Source: Flavobacteriales bacterium (GTDB taxonomy: Bacteria; Bacteroidota; Bacteroidia; CAIKAF01). From it: a DNA stretch of 64,000 bases. Shown piece after piece: positions 9,783 through 19,577 of this stretch (positions are counted from its first letter, which is position 1; every line of letters begins with the position of its first letter). The DNA is taken from NCBI GenBank assembly GCA_022402535.1, contig JAKRSD010000020.1, positions 221,341 through 285,340 on the forward strand, read 5' to 3'. The position numbers and the translations under genes were made by a program. The notes beneath the pieces are model-generated. The model was not told where the DNA came from. It did no database searches and saw only the letters and a program-made list of their open reading frames with translations.

Positions 9783-11052
9783 GGATGTTTTTTTGACTGT
9801 TTTGTTTTACGTGTACCAAATAACCCTGTAACAGGGCTTCGAACATGAGGTCTCCAATTAAGTTATATCCGCTTCGGGTAAAATGAATTCTGTCAGAGGC
9901 GGCAAGTCCGTTTTTATCCCAAAGGGCCATACTGCCCAATCCGCCCATGATGCTGAACAAATCCCAGACGCCAAACCCGTGTTTGGTGGCGAGTTTTATC
10001 ATCACGTCGCGCACGTCGAGGGCATTTCGGTTTACATATTTTTTTTTGAAGTACGTGTCGTTATTGGTAACGAAAAGAATTGCTGTTTTGGGAGAAGCTT
10101 CCTTCACCATGGCGATAAACTTTTCGTAGTTCGATTCGAAAAATGCGGGCGAAAAGTTGGCCCCGTGGGCATCGTTTACCCCTACCCCGAAAATGACCAA
10201 ATCGGGTTGCAGTTGCCGGAGTTGGGTAACCAGGTGTACGCATTTTAGAAAAGAAGGAACAGCTGCTCCGTTTACTCCGATGGAATGAAATACAAATCCG
10301 GGATCATCATTAAACATCTGAATGCCATGTAAAGTAAACTCTCCCGTGCAATGAGGGCTTCTGCGGATAAAAACCTGAAGCGTTTCTACATGCGTTTTCA
10401 GCACAAACTCTGTAAAGGTGGAGCGGCGGTCTGTCCACACATAATCCACCAGTGCAGAATCGTAGAATGAAATATCGTAGGAGATATCCTCGGTGTTGTG
10501 ATAAATCCTAAACCGATTAAAATCATACGGTTCTGCATAGCGCACATCGCTGAAAATCGTGAGTGAGGAAAGGGTGTCGGATGTGGTGATGGATATTCCG
10601 GCAACTCCCAAATCACAGACAGTCTGCTGCACATTGCGACACGATTTCCAGTTCCCGGTAAATTGGGTGGTGAAATTGTATGGATTGTTGGTTCCTGCGG
10701 CTTTAAAAGGAAACACAAAACCTCTTGATCCTTTCACGCCGGGATAAAAAGTCTGTAACCGGCTTCTAAGTCTTCCGGTATGAATGTCGGCCTGCACGTG
10801 AGAACCTCCGAATTGCACAATGTTTATTTTCCCTTCCCCTCTTTCAAAAAGCCTGTCCATTTTTGCATAAAGCGCTTCAAACAAAGAACTGTCTTTATAA
10901 TGGCTGATTCGGTTCAGGTCGTACCGCACAAAATCGTATACCGGATTGGTGAAATGACTTTCAGGTAAGATTTGTTGAGCTGTTGCTGAGAAGGTTGCAA
11001 AACAAAACGCCCAAACGGTCAGTAAAAGATATGTCAGTCTTGTCAATTTCAA
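9772..11052 (-). CDS. SGNH/GDSL-family hydrolase/acyltransferase (AlgJ/AlgX/DltD-like), secreted
   Basis: Signal peptide, block I IVQFGGSHVQAD, block III FGVGVNDAH and block V DRIHFTRSGYNLIGD (DxxH). It overlaps the MBOAT gene by 11 bp. Confidence 0.7.
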   Translation of the reverse strand: MKLTRLTYLLLTVWAFCFATFSATAQQILPESHFTNPVYDFVRYDLNRISHYKDSSLFEALYAKMDRLFERGEGKINIVQFGGSHVQADIHTGRLRSRLQTFYPGVKGSRGFVFPFKAAGTNNPYNFTTQFTGNWKSCRNVQQTVCDLGVAGISITTSDTLSSLTIFSDVRYAEPYDFNRFRIYHNTEDISYDISFYDSALVDYVWTDRRSTFTEFVLKTHVETLQVFIRRSPHCTGEFTLHGIQMFNDDPGFVFHSIGVNGAAVPSFLKCVHLVTQLRQLQPDLVIFGVGVNDAHGANFSPAFFESNYEKFIAMVKEASPKTAILFVTNNDTYFKKKYVNRNALDVRDVMIKLATKHGFGVWDLFSIMGGLGSMALWDKNGLAASDRIHFTRSGYNLIGDLMFEALLQGYLVHVKQNSQKNIHDN

Positions 11053-12482
11053 AGGGTACTCGTATTTCTCAGCGCATTCATCTGTTCTTTAAAACGGAAT
11101 TCGTTGTAATCATCAATCAGGGCACGGGTAAAAATCTCCGATATTTTTTCGGCTCCTTTACGGGTAAAGTGGATATAATCCGGACCCGCCAAGCCTTGCT
11201 TTACCCAGGTGGGCATCGAATTTTTTCCGCCCATGGCTTCAAACATATCCCAATAGGCGCATCCGTTTTCAAAGGAAGCTTCTTTCAGCGCATCCCGAAC
11301 TTCTTCCAGGTAAGGATAGGTCTGCATGTTGCTATTGATTCGTTTACTCATGTCGGACGGTCCGATAGTAATTACCGTGGCGGAAGGGCATTGCTCTTTT
11401 AAATAAGCCAATTGGGCCGAAAACTCTTCTTTGTATTTATCCACACTTTTAGGTCCGCTCACTGAGGGCATCATGTTTCCTCCAAACTCCATAATGATGA
11501 GACGGGTGTTCATCAGCTTGTGCATATTGCCGAAATTATCTTTCTGCACACGCGTAAAGCGGGTTCCTGCGCTTCCCCGCATCGGAATATTGTCTACGGT
11601 TATACCCCCGCCACCATCTACGGCAATACCGTAAATTTCAGGACTTGGCCCCTGAAAATTCAGATTAAAAATATTGCCTAGGGAATCTGCCTTCAATGTT
11701 ACCGCTTTTACAGAATTGGTGGGTGTTAATGTAGCTGTTTGGTTTACTTCAGTGCTGCTCAGGGTTACCCGGGTTTCTTCGGTATTGTTTCCGTAATAAA
11801 TGGTAATCCTGCGGATGTCTTTATTTCGGGGAAACCCGATATTGGATTTACTGAAACGAATAGATGCTGAATTGCCCGAATAGCTGCAAACAGCCAACAT
11901 CGCTCCGTATCGGTTGTGTTCGGCTTTTTGTTCAGTCATACCGAAAATGGCATTTCGTGTCCAATTTTCCGAAGCGCTTTGAAAAATGGAACTGGCAGAT
12001 ATAGGCTGAACGGCCGGAACCATTCCCGCTCCGCTTCCTCCAAAAAGCTCTTGAAGCCTATCGCGCAAATATCCCGAAATACGGTCACCTTCAATCTGAG
12101 AATCTCCGTAATGCACAACCCGAATGAGGGTTTTATTGGTGTCGGCCCTGAGTAAATCTAACTCCCTGAAAAAGTCATCAAAAACTGATTTGTTTTTTTT
12201 GGGATACTGGATACGCGAAAGGTCATTGGGGTCGGCCGTGAAAATTTTCAATGAATCGGCCAGCGAAAGGGAATCTTTGATAAATAAAGAATCGCGTTTT
12301 ATTTTTTCGGCAAAATCGATGTTTTTGTACTCAATGCCTTCGCTAAATAATTCTTCAAAACTGATAAACCGGAGTGAAATAGACTCATTGATTTTAATAC
12401 CATCTTTCGGGAAAACCAACATGATTCCCGAAAGCAGAAAGAAAACAGATAAAATAAAAAGGAGTACGTTTTGCGGTTTCAT
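11049..12482 (-). CDS. SGNH/GDSL-family hydrolase/acyltransferase, paralog
   Basis: N-terminal TM/signal, then VVHYGDSQIEGD (GDS block) and DYIHFTRKGAEKISEIF (DxxH block). It has a 4-bp overlap with the downstream SGNH gene. Confidence 0.7.
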   Translation of the reverse strand: MKPQNVLLFILSVFFLLSGIMLVFPKDGIKINESISLRFISFEELFSEGIEYKNIDFAEKIKRDSLFIKDSLSLADSLKIFTADPNDLSRIQYPKKNKSVFDDFFRELDLLRADTNKTLIRVVHYGDSQIEGDRISGYLRDRLQELFGGSGAGMVPAVQPISASSIFQSASENWTRNAIFGMTEQKAEHNRYGAMLAVCSYSGNSASIRFSKSNIGFPRNKDIRRITIYYGNNTEETRVTLSSTEVNQTATLTPTNSVKAVTLKADSLGNIFNLNFQGPSPEIYGIAVDGGGGITVDNIPMRGSAGTRFTRVQKDNFGNMHKLMNTRLIIMEFGGNMMPSVSGPKSVDKYKEEFSAQLAYLKEQCPSATVITIGPSDMSKRINSNMQTYPYLEEVRDALKEASFENGCAYWDMFEAMGGKNSMPTWVKQGLAGPDYIHFTRKGAEKISEIFTRALIDDYNEFRFKEQMNALRNTSTL

Positions 12483-12519
12483 TATGTAGACAAAAGTAAT
12501 GGAAGCGGATAAGTAAACT

Positions 12520-13668
12520 CTACCTTTTAGTAATTATTATGCTGATGGCATTTCCGCCGAATCCGGTAGCGTTCACCATAATGTGTTTCAATTCGGAAGG
12601 CGTATTATTTTGACCCACCGCCTCGTAAGGCAATTCGGGTATTTTTCCGTGCTTCAATAGCGTACAGGCCAACACCATAGACAAAACTCCCGATGCGCCC
12701 AGCGTATGTCCGCACACATGTTTATTGGTAAACAGGCGGGGCGGGTTTTCAAACAACTGTTGAATGGCTTTCCATTCTGCATTATCGCCTTTTCGGGTGC
12801 CCGGAGCGTGGGTAATAATGGCGTCGGGTGATTTTATTTTCGCATGTTGCAGTGCATTTTGCATCGATTCATAAAGAGCGGTTCCTTCTTCCGAAATGCC
12901 CGATGCCGAAAAACTCTGTTCGTTGGCCATGCCAATACCCGAAATGAAAAACTCGGCTTCAGGGGATTTTTCTTCCGAAGCAAGGGCAAACACTGCCGCT
13001 CCTTCACCCAGCGCCATGCCGGTTGCCGGTTTTTGGGCCGAAAGGGGTTTTACGGGGAAAGAATCTTCATTCGGTGGGACCGTAATTTTAAGCCGGCTCA
13101 TTTGTATTTGGGTGAAAGCCGTCAACGGAGCCTCCGTACCGCCTACCCACGCAAAATCGGCCATGCCGCTTAGAATCCAGGCTGCCGCATTGGCAACCGC
13201 CTGAGAACCGCTTCCACAAGTAACGGAATGGTCAACAACCAGCGTTTTCCCGGACAGCATTTTGGCAATGTGCGACGAAATATTACCGGGCGTAGTATAC
13301 GGTGAAGATTTTGTGGAGCAGTTTCCGGTTTCCTGAAAGGCCTTAAATTCATTTTCCCAGGTTTGGGTAGCCCCGCGTGAAGAACCGATATTGACCAGGA
13401 TGCGTCCTTCAATAGATTTAGAAAGCGACTGCAAGCAGGATGTTGTGGCGGCAGCCGCAAGTTTTACGGTTCTATCCAGCCGGTTTCCATCATGAAGCGG
13501 CTCCACAGCTTTTTCTATTGTGGCAGAGAGTGATTTGGGAACAGAAAATTGAATACCGTAACCGGTGTGTTCACAAGGAGCTTGGACGGCTGTTAATTGG
13601 GCGAGCAGCTCTTCTTCCGTATTCCCGACAGCACTGATAAATCCATATCCCAAAATCGCCAGCCTCAT
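12520..13668 (-). CDS. beta-ketoacyl-[ACP] synthase family protein (FabB/FabF-like KAS I/II)
   Basis: Active-site Cys context VDHSVTCGSGSQAVANAA, plus His motifs HAPGTRKGD and GHTLGASG. At 382 aa it is short for FabF. Confidence 0.75.
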   Translation of the reverse strand: MRLAILGYGFISAVGNTEEELLAQLTAVQAPCEHTGYGIQFSVPKSLSATIEKAVEPLHDGNRLDRTVKLAAAATTSCLQSLSKSIEGRILVNIGSSRGATQTWENEFKAFQETGNCSTKSSPYTTPGNISSHIAKMLSGKTLVVDHSVTCGSGSQAVANAAAWILSGMADFAWVGGTEAPLTAFTQIQMSRLKITVPPNEDSFPVKPLSAQKPATGMALGEGAAVFALASEEKSPEAEFFISGIGMANEQSFSASGISEEGTALYESMQNALQHAKIKSPDAIITHAPGTRKGDNAEWKAIQQLFENPPRLFTNKHVCGHTLGASGVLSMVLACTLLKHGKIPELPYEAVGQNNTPSELKHIMVNATGFGGNAISIIITKR

Positions 13669-13737
13669 GGTTCAACTCCTTTCATGCGGCAAAGGTAAAA
13701 AACCGGTTGGCAGTTCATAAAAGGCAAATCGAACAGG

Positions 13738-15156
13738 CTATATGGAATCTAATTTTTTGAGAAACCAGCTTAAATCCAGCACATTTTTTTCGGCAGAAAG
13801 TTCTTCATGCATTTTGCGGGCGCCTTTTTTATCGCGTTCCATTTTTAGCTTCATCAGCTGTTTTATGGTTTTTATAAACTGCAAGTGTGCCTCTTTTTGG
13901 AAATCGGCAATCTGATTGTTCCGTCTGAGGTACATGTAGAACGATTCGGTTAAGGCATAAAAGGCATCCAGATTTTCGGTTTCGTAATAAATTTTGAGCA
14001 ACAGGCATTTGGCGCCAAGCAGATAAAAAATATCCATCAGGTCGGCATTGGCCAGAAAACGAAGGGCTTTTTTATAGTTCTTTTTGGCATATTCGAGCCA
14101 GGCCATGTTGTAGTTTACCGCATTTTCGCGGGTTTTGGGGTCCAGTTTGTCTTTATAATCATCAATAAACTGTTCTATCCAGTCAAATTCTTCGAGCCTG
14201 ATTCCTACCGTAACAATGTTTTTAAATACGTTCGGACGCACATATCCGTTTTCAAAAATGGCATCAAGGGCAATCATTTTTTTATACAGATGAAAAATCT
14301 CTTTAAGATATTCAGGGTGACCACTGTTTATGCGGTTGGTGCAGAAGTTTTGTGCAAATACATACATATCCACCAGTTCTTCTTTCGAAAATTCATCTGC
14401 ATGGGTTTCCAATAGTTCCAGAAGCCTTCTGTAGTGGTCATCTTCTTCTGGATGAGTGTGCATCAGCACGATACGTTCATAAATTTCAACGGCGGTATGT
14501 CCTTTAAATTTTCCATCGGAAATATAGGTTACAATTTCTTCCAGAAAAGGTTTGTTGTAACTCACTTTCAATAACATTTCACGGGTTAACATTTCGCCCG
14601 AATGCTTGAGTTTATTGGTGATGTAAAACAAATCAAGGTAATTAACCAGCGTCTGAAGATTGTTGTCTAAAGAGCGTGACTTGAGCCGTTGTGAAAACGT
14701 GTAAGCTTTTTCTTCGAGCAGGTATTGGTTAAAAAACCAGCCGGCATCTTTGATAGGGGCCTTCAACTGCACTTTTATCGAGTCTTCAAAAATTTGATTG
14801 AAGTATTTTTCCAGACCCCGCCGCTCGTAATAATCTAAAAGTAGCAGCTTTTTGCGGACAGGTTCGCTGGAAAGCTCGCGGATGATGATAAACTCTTCCA
14901 GCATTTTGGCTAAATCAGAAAATAAATGCCTGAGTTTACTTTCTTCATATTTTTCTTTGGGAAAGAGTTTTTTGAAGAGATTCTCTTTTTCCAGTGCAGG
15001 AGACTCCATTTTAGGATGCTCTTTTTTGAGCAGTTTGAACAATGAACGCACCTGAATATTGCCCGAAAAAAAGTCGGAATCAATAAATTTTTCAAAATCT
15101 CGAAGCTCCCAAACGGTAAATTGTTTTAAAATCTGAACAGGTTTACTTTTAATCAT
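13738..15156 (-). CDS. hypothetical all-alpha protein (472 aa), first gene of the KAS-SGNH-SGNH-MBOAT operon
   Basis: Long ORF with coding-like composition, Lys/Glu/Tyr-rich and predicted helical, with no signal peptide or TM segment. I recognise no motifs. It lies 69 bp upstream of the KAS gene on the same strand. Confidence 0.5.
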   Translation of the reverse strand: MIKSKPVQILKQFTVWELRDFEKFIDSDFFSGNIQVRSLFKLLKKEHPKMESPALEKENLFKKLFPKEKYEESKLRHLFSDLAKMLEEFIIIRELSSEPVRKKLLLLDYYERRGLEKYFNQIFEDSIKVQLKAPIKDAGWFFNQYLLEEKAYTFSQRLKSRSLDNNLQTLVNYLDLFYITNKLKHSGEMLTREMLLKVSYNKPFLEEIVTYISDGKFKGHTAVEIYERIVLMHTHPEEDDHYRRLLELLETHADEFSKEELVDMYVFAQNFCTNRINSGHPEYLKEIFHLYKKMIALDAIFENGYVRPNVFKNIVTVGIRLEEFDWIEQFIDDYKDKLDPKTRENAVNYNMAWLEYAKKNYKKALRFLANADLMDIFYLLGAKCLLLKIYYETENLDAFYALTESFYMYLRRNNQIADFQKEAHLQFIKTIKQLMKLKMERDKKGARKMHEELSAEKNVLDLSWFLKKLDSI

Positions 15157-15384
15157 GTACGAAGGGTTTCGGTCTAAAGTTAATGCTTAATATATCAAAT
15201 TCAATCGCTTTCCGACAGACTTTTTAACCCCAATGTTTGTCAATTCATATATTTTCAATAACTTAGCCATTCAATTTATTTTTAAATCTGCCTAAAATTC
15301 AGATTACCTTTCCGATAAAGTGTAAAATTTGTTATTGGTACTTATTTTAAATAGGTTGAATTTTGATAAAAATAGGAGGTTGAT

Positions 15385-16113
15385 ATGAAAACAAGAACTA
15401 CTCTTTTCCGAATTGCCGTTTCAGGACTATTTGTTTTGGGAGGGCTAAGTGCCGGTTTTTCACAACATCAGGACCAAAGTGTTGAGCCGCTGGTGTCGAA
15501 ATCATACACGTATATTATTGAAATTTCGCCCGAGTTTAGAGAGAAAAACGCAGGAGCTATTCGTTTTGGCGCCAGTAATCCTAATATTTTGTTTTCTGCC
15601 ATTAATCCTTTGGATTATACCATGCCGTTGATGGTGGAACTAAATATTCCTGAAGGAATACCCATGTCTTCCTACGTAGAAATGGATGCAGGTCTGCCCC
15701 TGTGGCATGTTACCGTGGCCGATATTTTGGGTAATGCGGAACACGATGATGTCTCTTTCCGTCCTGCGGGGGCTCCCTCGGGTAATCACGATCATTCTAC
15801 ATCCATTGTAGTACCTCCTTACATAGGTGGAGGCACACCCGGCGGTGGCCAAAATTCCACAACGCCTAAATTTCCGGTTTCTTTATATCCCAATCCTGCT
15901 ACAGACAATATTCACATTGTTACCGAAGGCGAAATACTTTGGGGCGTGACGGAAATACTAGACATTACAGGTAAAAAAATGGGTGAGTGGCCCATCGGAG
16001 CGGCGTCTGACCGAGCCACCATTGATGTATCATCTTTAAGACCCGGCATTTACATTATACGGTTCCGTACAGACAAAGAAACGTATGCTAAAAAGTTTCA
16101 GGTAAGCAGATAA
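15385..16113 (+). CDS. T9SS C-terminal-sorting-domain (Por_Secre_tail) small secreted protein
   Basis: Signal peptide, then a C-terminal about 80 aa reading SLYPNPATDNIHIV...GIYIIRFRTDKETYAKKFQVSR, typical of a type-A T9SS CTD. Unusually for this phylum it is preceded by AGGAGG 7 bp upstream. Confidence 0.75.
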   Translation: MKTRTTLFRIAVSGLFVLGGLSAGFSQHQDQSVEPLVSKSYTYIIEISPEFREKNAGAIRFGASNPNILFSAINPLDYTMPLMVELNIPEGIPMSSYVEMDAGLPLWHVTVADILGNAEHDDVSFRPAGAPSGNHDHSTSIVVPPYIGGGTPGGGQNSTTPKFPVSLYPNPATDNIHIVTEGEILWGVTEILDITGKKMGEWPIGAASDRATIDVSSLRPGIYIIRFRTDKETYAKKFQVSR

Positions 16114-16138
16114 TTGTTCAAACTTTAATTGAGATATA

Positions 16139-16170
16139 AGCCGTTGCATGTTATGCGACGGCTTTTTTGT
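16139..16170 (+). terminator. Rho-independent terminator
   Basis: AGCCGTTGCA-TGTTA-TGCGACGGCT hairpin followed by TTTTTTG. Confidence 0.55.
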
Positions 16171-16293
16171 AAACATTAGTGAACTAAAAACCAATTATTA
16201 AGATTCATATTTATTGAAAAAAGTATTAAGTGCCTTTGCTTCCTGCTCCTATTTGAATACATTTGACTAATACATACAACCAAATCCCTTATT

Positions 16294-16503
16294 ATGGAAT
16301 CAGGATTTAATGCAGAAAGCCCCGAAGAAAAAAAACGCAGAGAAAGAGCCGAGTTTGAAAACTTTTTCATTCAGGAAAAAATGCGCGAAGAAGCACGAAA
16401 TAAAAAAATCATTACTCTCGTAATTATTTTTGGTGTGGGAGTCCCCTTGGTTTTTTCCATAATATATGTGATTGCCATGGTGGCTTTAGGGGCCTTTGGT
16501 TAA
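16294..16503 (+). CDS. small hypothetical protein (69 aa) with a C-terminal TM helix
   Basis: Charged N-terminal half (EEKKRRERAEFENFF) and a hydrophobic C-terminus (IITLVIIFGVGVPLVFSIIYVIAMVALGAFG). It is flanked by its own terminators on both sides. Confidence 0.35.
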   Translation: MESGFNAESPEEKKRRERAEFENFFIQEKMREEARNKKIITLVIIFGVGVPLVFSIIYVIAMVALGAFG

Positions 16504-16522
16504 CAAAAAAACATATTTAAGA

Positions 16523-16556
16523 CGGCTCATCCTCGGGGTGGGCCGTTTTTGTTTCG
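16523..16556 (+). terminator. Rho-independent terminator
   Basis: GGCTCATCC-TCG-GGGTGGGCC stem of 9 bp including G-U pairs, followed by GTTTTTGTTT. Confidence 0.5.
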
Positions 16557-16583
16557 GGTAAGCCCATTTCATGCGATAAAATT

Positions 16584-16591
16584 TACCTTTG
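16584..16591 (+). promoter_or_regulatory. Bacteroidetes-type -7 promoter element (TAnnTTTG) for aspS
   Basis: TACCTTTG lies 21 bp upstream of the aspS ATG. The same octamer recurs upstream of rbfA and sod. Confidence 0.35.
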
Positions 16592-16611
16592 CATCCTAAA
16601 TTTTCATTTCC

Positions 16612-18357
16612 ATGTTCAGAACGCACACCTGTGGTGAATTACGCTTATCAGACTCCGGCAAAACGGTTACCTTGGCAGGATGGGTTAAAAAAAGCCGCGA
16701 CCTGGGTGGCATGACCTTTATTGATCTGCGCGACCGCTACGGCATTACCCAATTGGCATTTAACATGGAAACTGATGCGGCACTCTGCGCCGAAGCCCGA
16801 AAACTGGGTCGCGAATTTGTGATTCAGGCTACGGGAACCGTTACCGAACGCAGCAGCAAAAATGAGCGCATCCCCACCGGGGAGGTAGAAATCATTGTAA
16901 CTTCGTTCCGTGTGCTCAATTCCTCACAGACTCCGCCCTTTACCATTGAAGAAGAAACCGACGGAGGCGACGAACTCCGCATGAAATACCGTTATCTGGA
17001 TCTGCGCCGCGATACCGTGCGCCGCAATCTGGAACTGCGCCACAGAATGGGTTCTGAAACCCGTAAATATTTAGATTCCCTGGAATTTATTGAAGTGGAA
17101 ACTCCCGTGCTCATCAAATCCACTCCGGAGGGCGCCCGCGATTTTGTAGTGCCCTCGCGCATGAATCCCGGTGAGTTTTATGCATTGCCCCAATCTCCCC
17201 AAACCTTCAAGCAACTGCTGATGGTTTCAGGGTTTGATAAATATTACCAGATTGTAAAATGTTTCCGCGACGAAGATTTGCGGGCCGACCGTCAGCCGGA
17301 ATTTACGCAGATAGACTGCGAAATGAGTTTTGTGGAGCAGGAAGATATCCTGAACACCTTTGAAGGATTGGTTCGCCACCTGTTTAAAACGGTAAAAGGG
17401 ATAGATATACCGCCCATGCAGCGCATGACCTATGCCGATGCCATGCGGCTTTACGGTTCCGACAAACCCGACATTCGTTTTGGGATGCCCTTTGTGGAAC
17501 TGAACGATTTGGTAAAAAACAAAGGTTTTAAAGTATTTGACGATGCCGAACTCGTGGTGGGAATCAATGCCGGAGGAGCCGCTGAGTTTACCCGTAAACA
17601 GCTGGACGAACTCACCGAGTTTGTGAAACGCCCTCAGATAGGCGCTACCGGACTGGTGTATGCCCGTTTTAATGCCGACGGAACCCTGAAATCGAGCGTG
17701 GATAAATTTTACGATGAAAACGAACTGAAAATCTGGGCCTCGGCTTTTGACGCCAAACCCGGCGACCTGATGCTGATACTGGCCGGCCCTGCTGATAAAG
17801 TGCGCAAACAGCTCAACGAGCTTCGCCTCGAAATGGGTAACCGCCTTGGACTTCGCTCCAAAGACCATTATGTATGCCACTGGGTGGTTGATTTTCCGTT
17901 GTTGGAATTTGACGAAGAAAGCGGCCGTTACCACGCCATGCACCATCCGTTTACCTCGCCCAAACCCGAAGACATCCACCTGCTCGACAGCAATCCCGGT
18001 GCCGTGCGTGCCAATGCGTACGACATGGTGATCAACGGGGTGGAAGTAGGCGGAGGATCTATCCGGATTTACGACCGCGATTTACAGATGCGCATGTTCC
18101 GTCTGTTGGGTTTTAGCGAAGAAGAAGCCCGCAAACAGTTTGGGTTTCTGATGAATGCCTTTGAATACGGAGCGCCACCGCATGGCGGGATAGCTTTCGG
18201 GTTCGATCGTCTGTGTTCGCTCTTTGGAGGCGCAGATGTGATCCGCGATTTTATTGCCTTCCCCAAAAACAACGCAGGCCGCGATGTAATGATTGATTCC
18301 CCTTCTTCCATTGCCGAAGAACAACTGAAAGAACTGAATATACAACTGAGGGGATAA
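16612..18357 (+). CDS. aspS: aspartate--tRNA ligase
   Basis: Has an N-terminal OB anticodon-binding domain and the class II motifs ([23 protein letters not shown]; [13 protein letters not shown]), and is 581 aa long. Confidence 0.95.
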   Translation: MFRTHTCGELRLSDSGKTVTLAGWVKKSRDLGGMTFIDLRDRYGITQLAFNMETDAALCAEARKLGREFVIQATGTVTERSSKNERIPTGEVEIIVTSFRVLNSSQTPPFTIEEETDGGDELRMKYRYLDLRRDTVRRNLELRHRMGSETRKYLDSLEFIEVETPVLIKSTPEGARDFVVPSRMNPGEFYALPQSPQTFKQLLMVSGFDKYYQIVKCFRDEDLRADRQPEFTQIDCEMSFVEQEDILNTFEGLVRHLFKTVKGIDIPPMQRMTYADAMRLYGSDKPDIRFGMPFVELNDLVKNKGFKVFDDAELVVGINAGGAAEFTRKQLDELTEFVKRPQIGATGLVYARFNADGTLKSSVDKFYDENELKIWASAFDAKPGDLMLILAGPADKVRKQLNELRLEMGNRLGLRSKDHYVCHWVVDFPLLEFDEESGRYHAMHHPFTSPKPEDIHLLDSNPGAVRANAYDMVINGVEVGGGSIRIYDRDLQMRMFRLLGFSEEEARKQFGFLMNAFEYGAPPHGGIAFGFDRLCSLFGGADVIRDFIAFPKNNAGRDVMIDSPSSIAEEQLKELNIQLRG

Positions 18358-18424
18358 AGCGATTCTGATTACAGCTTGTGTTAAGCGGATTTAAATTCCG
18401 AAGGTAAGGGTTTACGGATTACAC

Positions 18425-18470
18425 CAAAGCGCAGCCCCCGATTGCTATCGAGGGGCACATAGTAAATCCG
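18425..18470 (-). repeat. REP-like GC-rich palindromic repeat, copy 2 (inverted), in the convergent aspS/fic intergenic region
   Basis: AAAGCGCAGCCCCCGATTGCTATCGAGGGGCACATAGTAAATCCG is the reverse-complement partner of 7825-7870. Confidence 0.5.
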
Positions 18471-18536
18471 AAAGAGCACATGTCCCGATGAGCAGTAGGA
18501 GTGTATATTATTCTTTTGTCACATATATGCCGACTA

Positions 18537-19577
18537 CTATTTTATGGTGTAACTTACATTTCGTCCGCTACCTTGTTTTTCAATCAAACCTTTATTGATT
18601 AACTCCGATAAAATACGCTTTACGGTAGGGGATGGTATGGCCAATTTTTCAGAAATTTCGCCTGATTGAATGTTGGGGCGATTTTGAATAATCGTAAAAA
18701 TTGATTTTTCCTTGGGTAAAAGTTGTGTTTCTATCCCGCTTTTGTTCAATTTTTCTATAAGTTGCATTTGAATATTTGACAAACAACTCAAAAAAAACTG
18801 CATCCAAGCGGTTACATCCTCATTAGGGCGCATTGCCTGACAACTTCTAAGTACCTGATAATACTCACTTTTTCGGTTTTCAATCTCGTGTTCAAAACTT
18901 ACATATTGTATCCATTTATATCCGTTTTTAAGCAATAATAACGCAGAAATTAAGCGACTCAACCTGCCATTTCCGTCTTGAAAAGGATGAATACTCAAAA
19001 AATCATAGACAAAAGAGGCTATTTTGATTAATGGATGCACTTCGGTTTCGGAATTATACCAATTGAGCAACTTTCTTATGGCATCTTCGGTAGCAATTCC
19101 TGCTTCGGTTGTCTGAAAAACGATTTGCCTTGTGCCATCTGGAAATGAGGCCTCTACCGCGTTGTCATGTGCCTTATAATTACCTTTGTGCCATTGGTCT
19201 TTGGCACTATATTTCATCAAACTGTTATGTAAACTTTTGATATGACTTTCGGTAAGATTAATGGAAAGGTATGATTCCGAAATCAAATCCAATACTTCAA
19301 AATAGCCGACTACTTCCTGCGAATCCCTGTCAGTGAGTTTCGTAATATCAATTTTTTGAAGAAGTACGTCAACTTCTTCATCACTCATTTTGTTGCCTTC
19401 AATTCGGTTTGATGCCCCTACGCTTCTAACCGTAGCAATGCTTTTCAACTCTTTAAGACTTTGTCCTTCCTTTCTTTCAATCGCTGTCCATTTAGCATCA
19501 AAACGATCTATTTCACTGATTAAATTAATTAACTTCCAATCAATACCCAATTTAAAATTATATACCCTCCCACTCAT
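18537..19577 (-). CDS. Fic-family protein (class II, with an N-terminal auto-inhibitory helix) carrying a C-terminal winged-HTH
   Basis: Fic motif HPFQDGNGRLSRL, and the inhibitory motif SNRIEG at residues 56-61, which fits (S/T)xxxE(G/N). A C-terminal wHTH is also present (RILSELINKGLIEKQGSGRNVSYTI). Confidence 0.85.
   Translation of the reverse strand: MSGRVYNFKLGIDWKLINLISEIDRFDAKWTAIERKEGQSLKELKSIATVRSVGASNRIEGNKMSDEEVDVLLQKIDITKLTDRDSQEVVGYFEVLDLISESYLSINLTESHIKSLHNSLMKYSAKDQWHKGNYKAHDNAVEASFPDGTRQIVFQTTEAGIATEDAIRKLLNWYNSETEVHPLIKIASFVYDFLSIHPFQDGNGRLSRLISALLLLKNGYKWIQYVSFEHEIENRKSEYYQVLRSCQAMRPNEDVTAWMQFFLSCLSNIQMQLIEKLNKSGIETQLLPKEKSIFTIIQNRPNIQSGEISEKLAIPSPTVKRILSELINKGLIEKQGSGRNVSYTIK

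Noticed and set aside
15367-15384. Strong Shine-Dalgarno AGGAGG 7 nt before the T9SS small-protein ATG, unusual for Bacteroidota
   Set aside because: This is a single occurrence. It could reflect high expression but is not evidence of a distinct element.
17227-17979. Long antisense ORFs inside aspS (250 aa). Similar ones occur inside dsbD (6648-7265), the NlpC/CapA gene (58088-58660), DegT (60156-60706), ActB, metG and others
   Set aside because: These are shadow ORFs on the opposite strand of strongly supported genes, with no motifs and odd composition.
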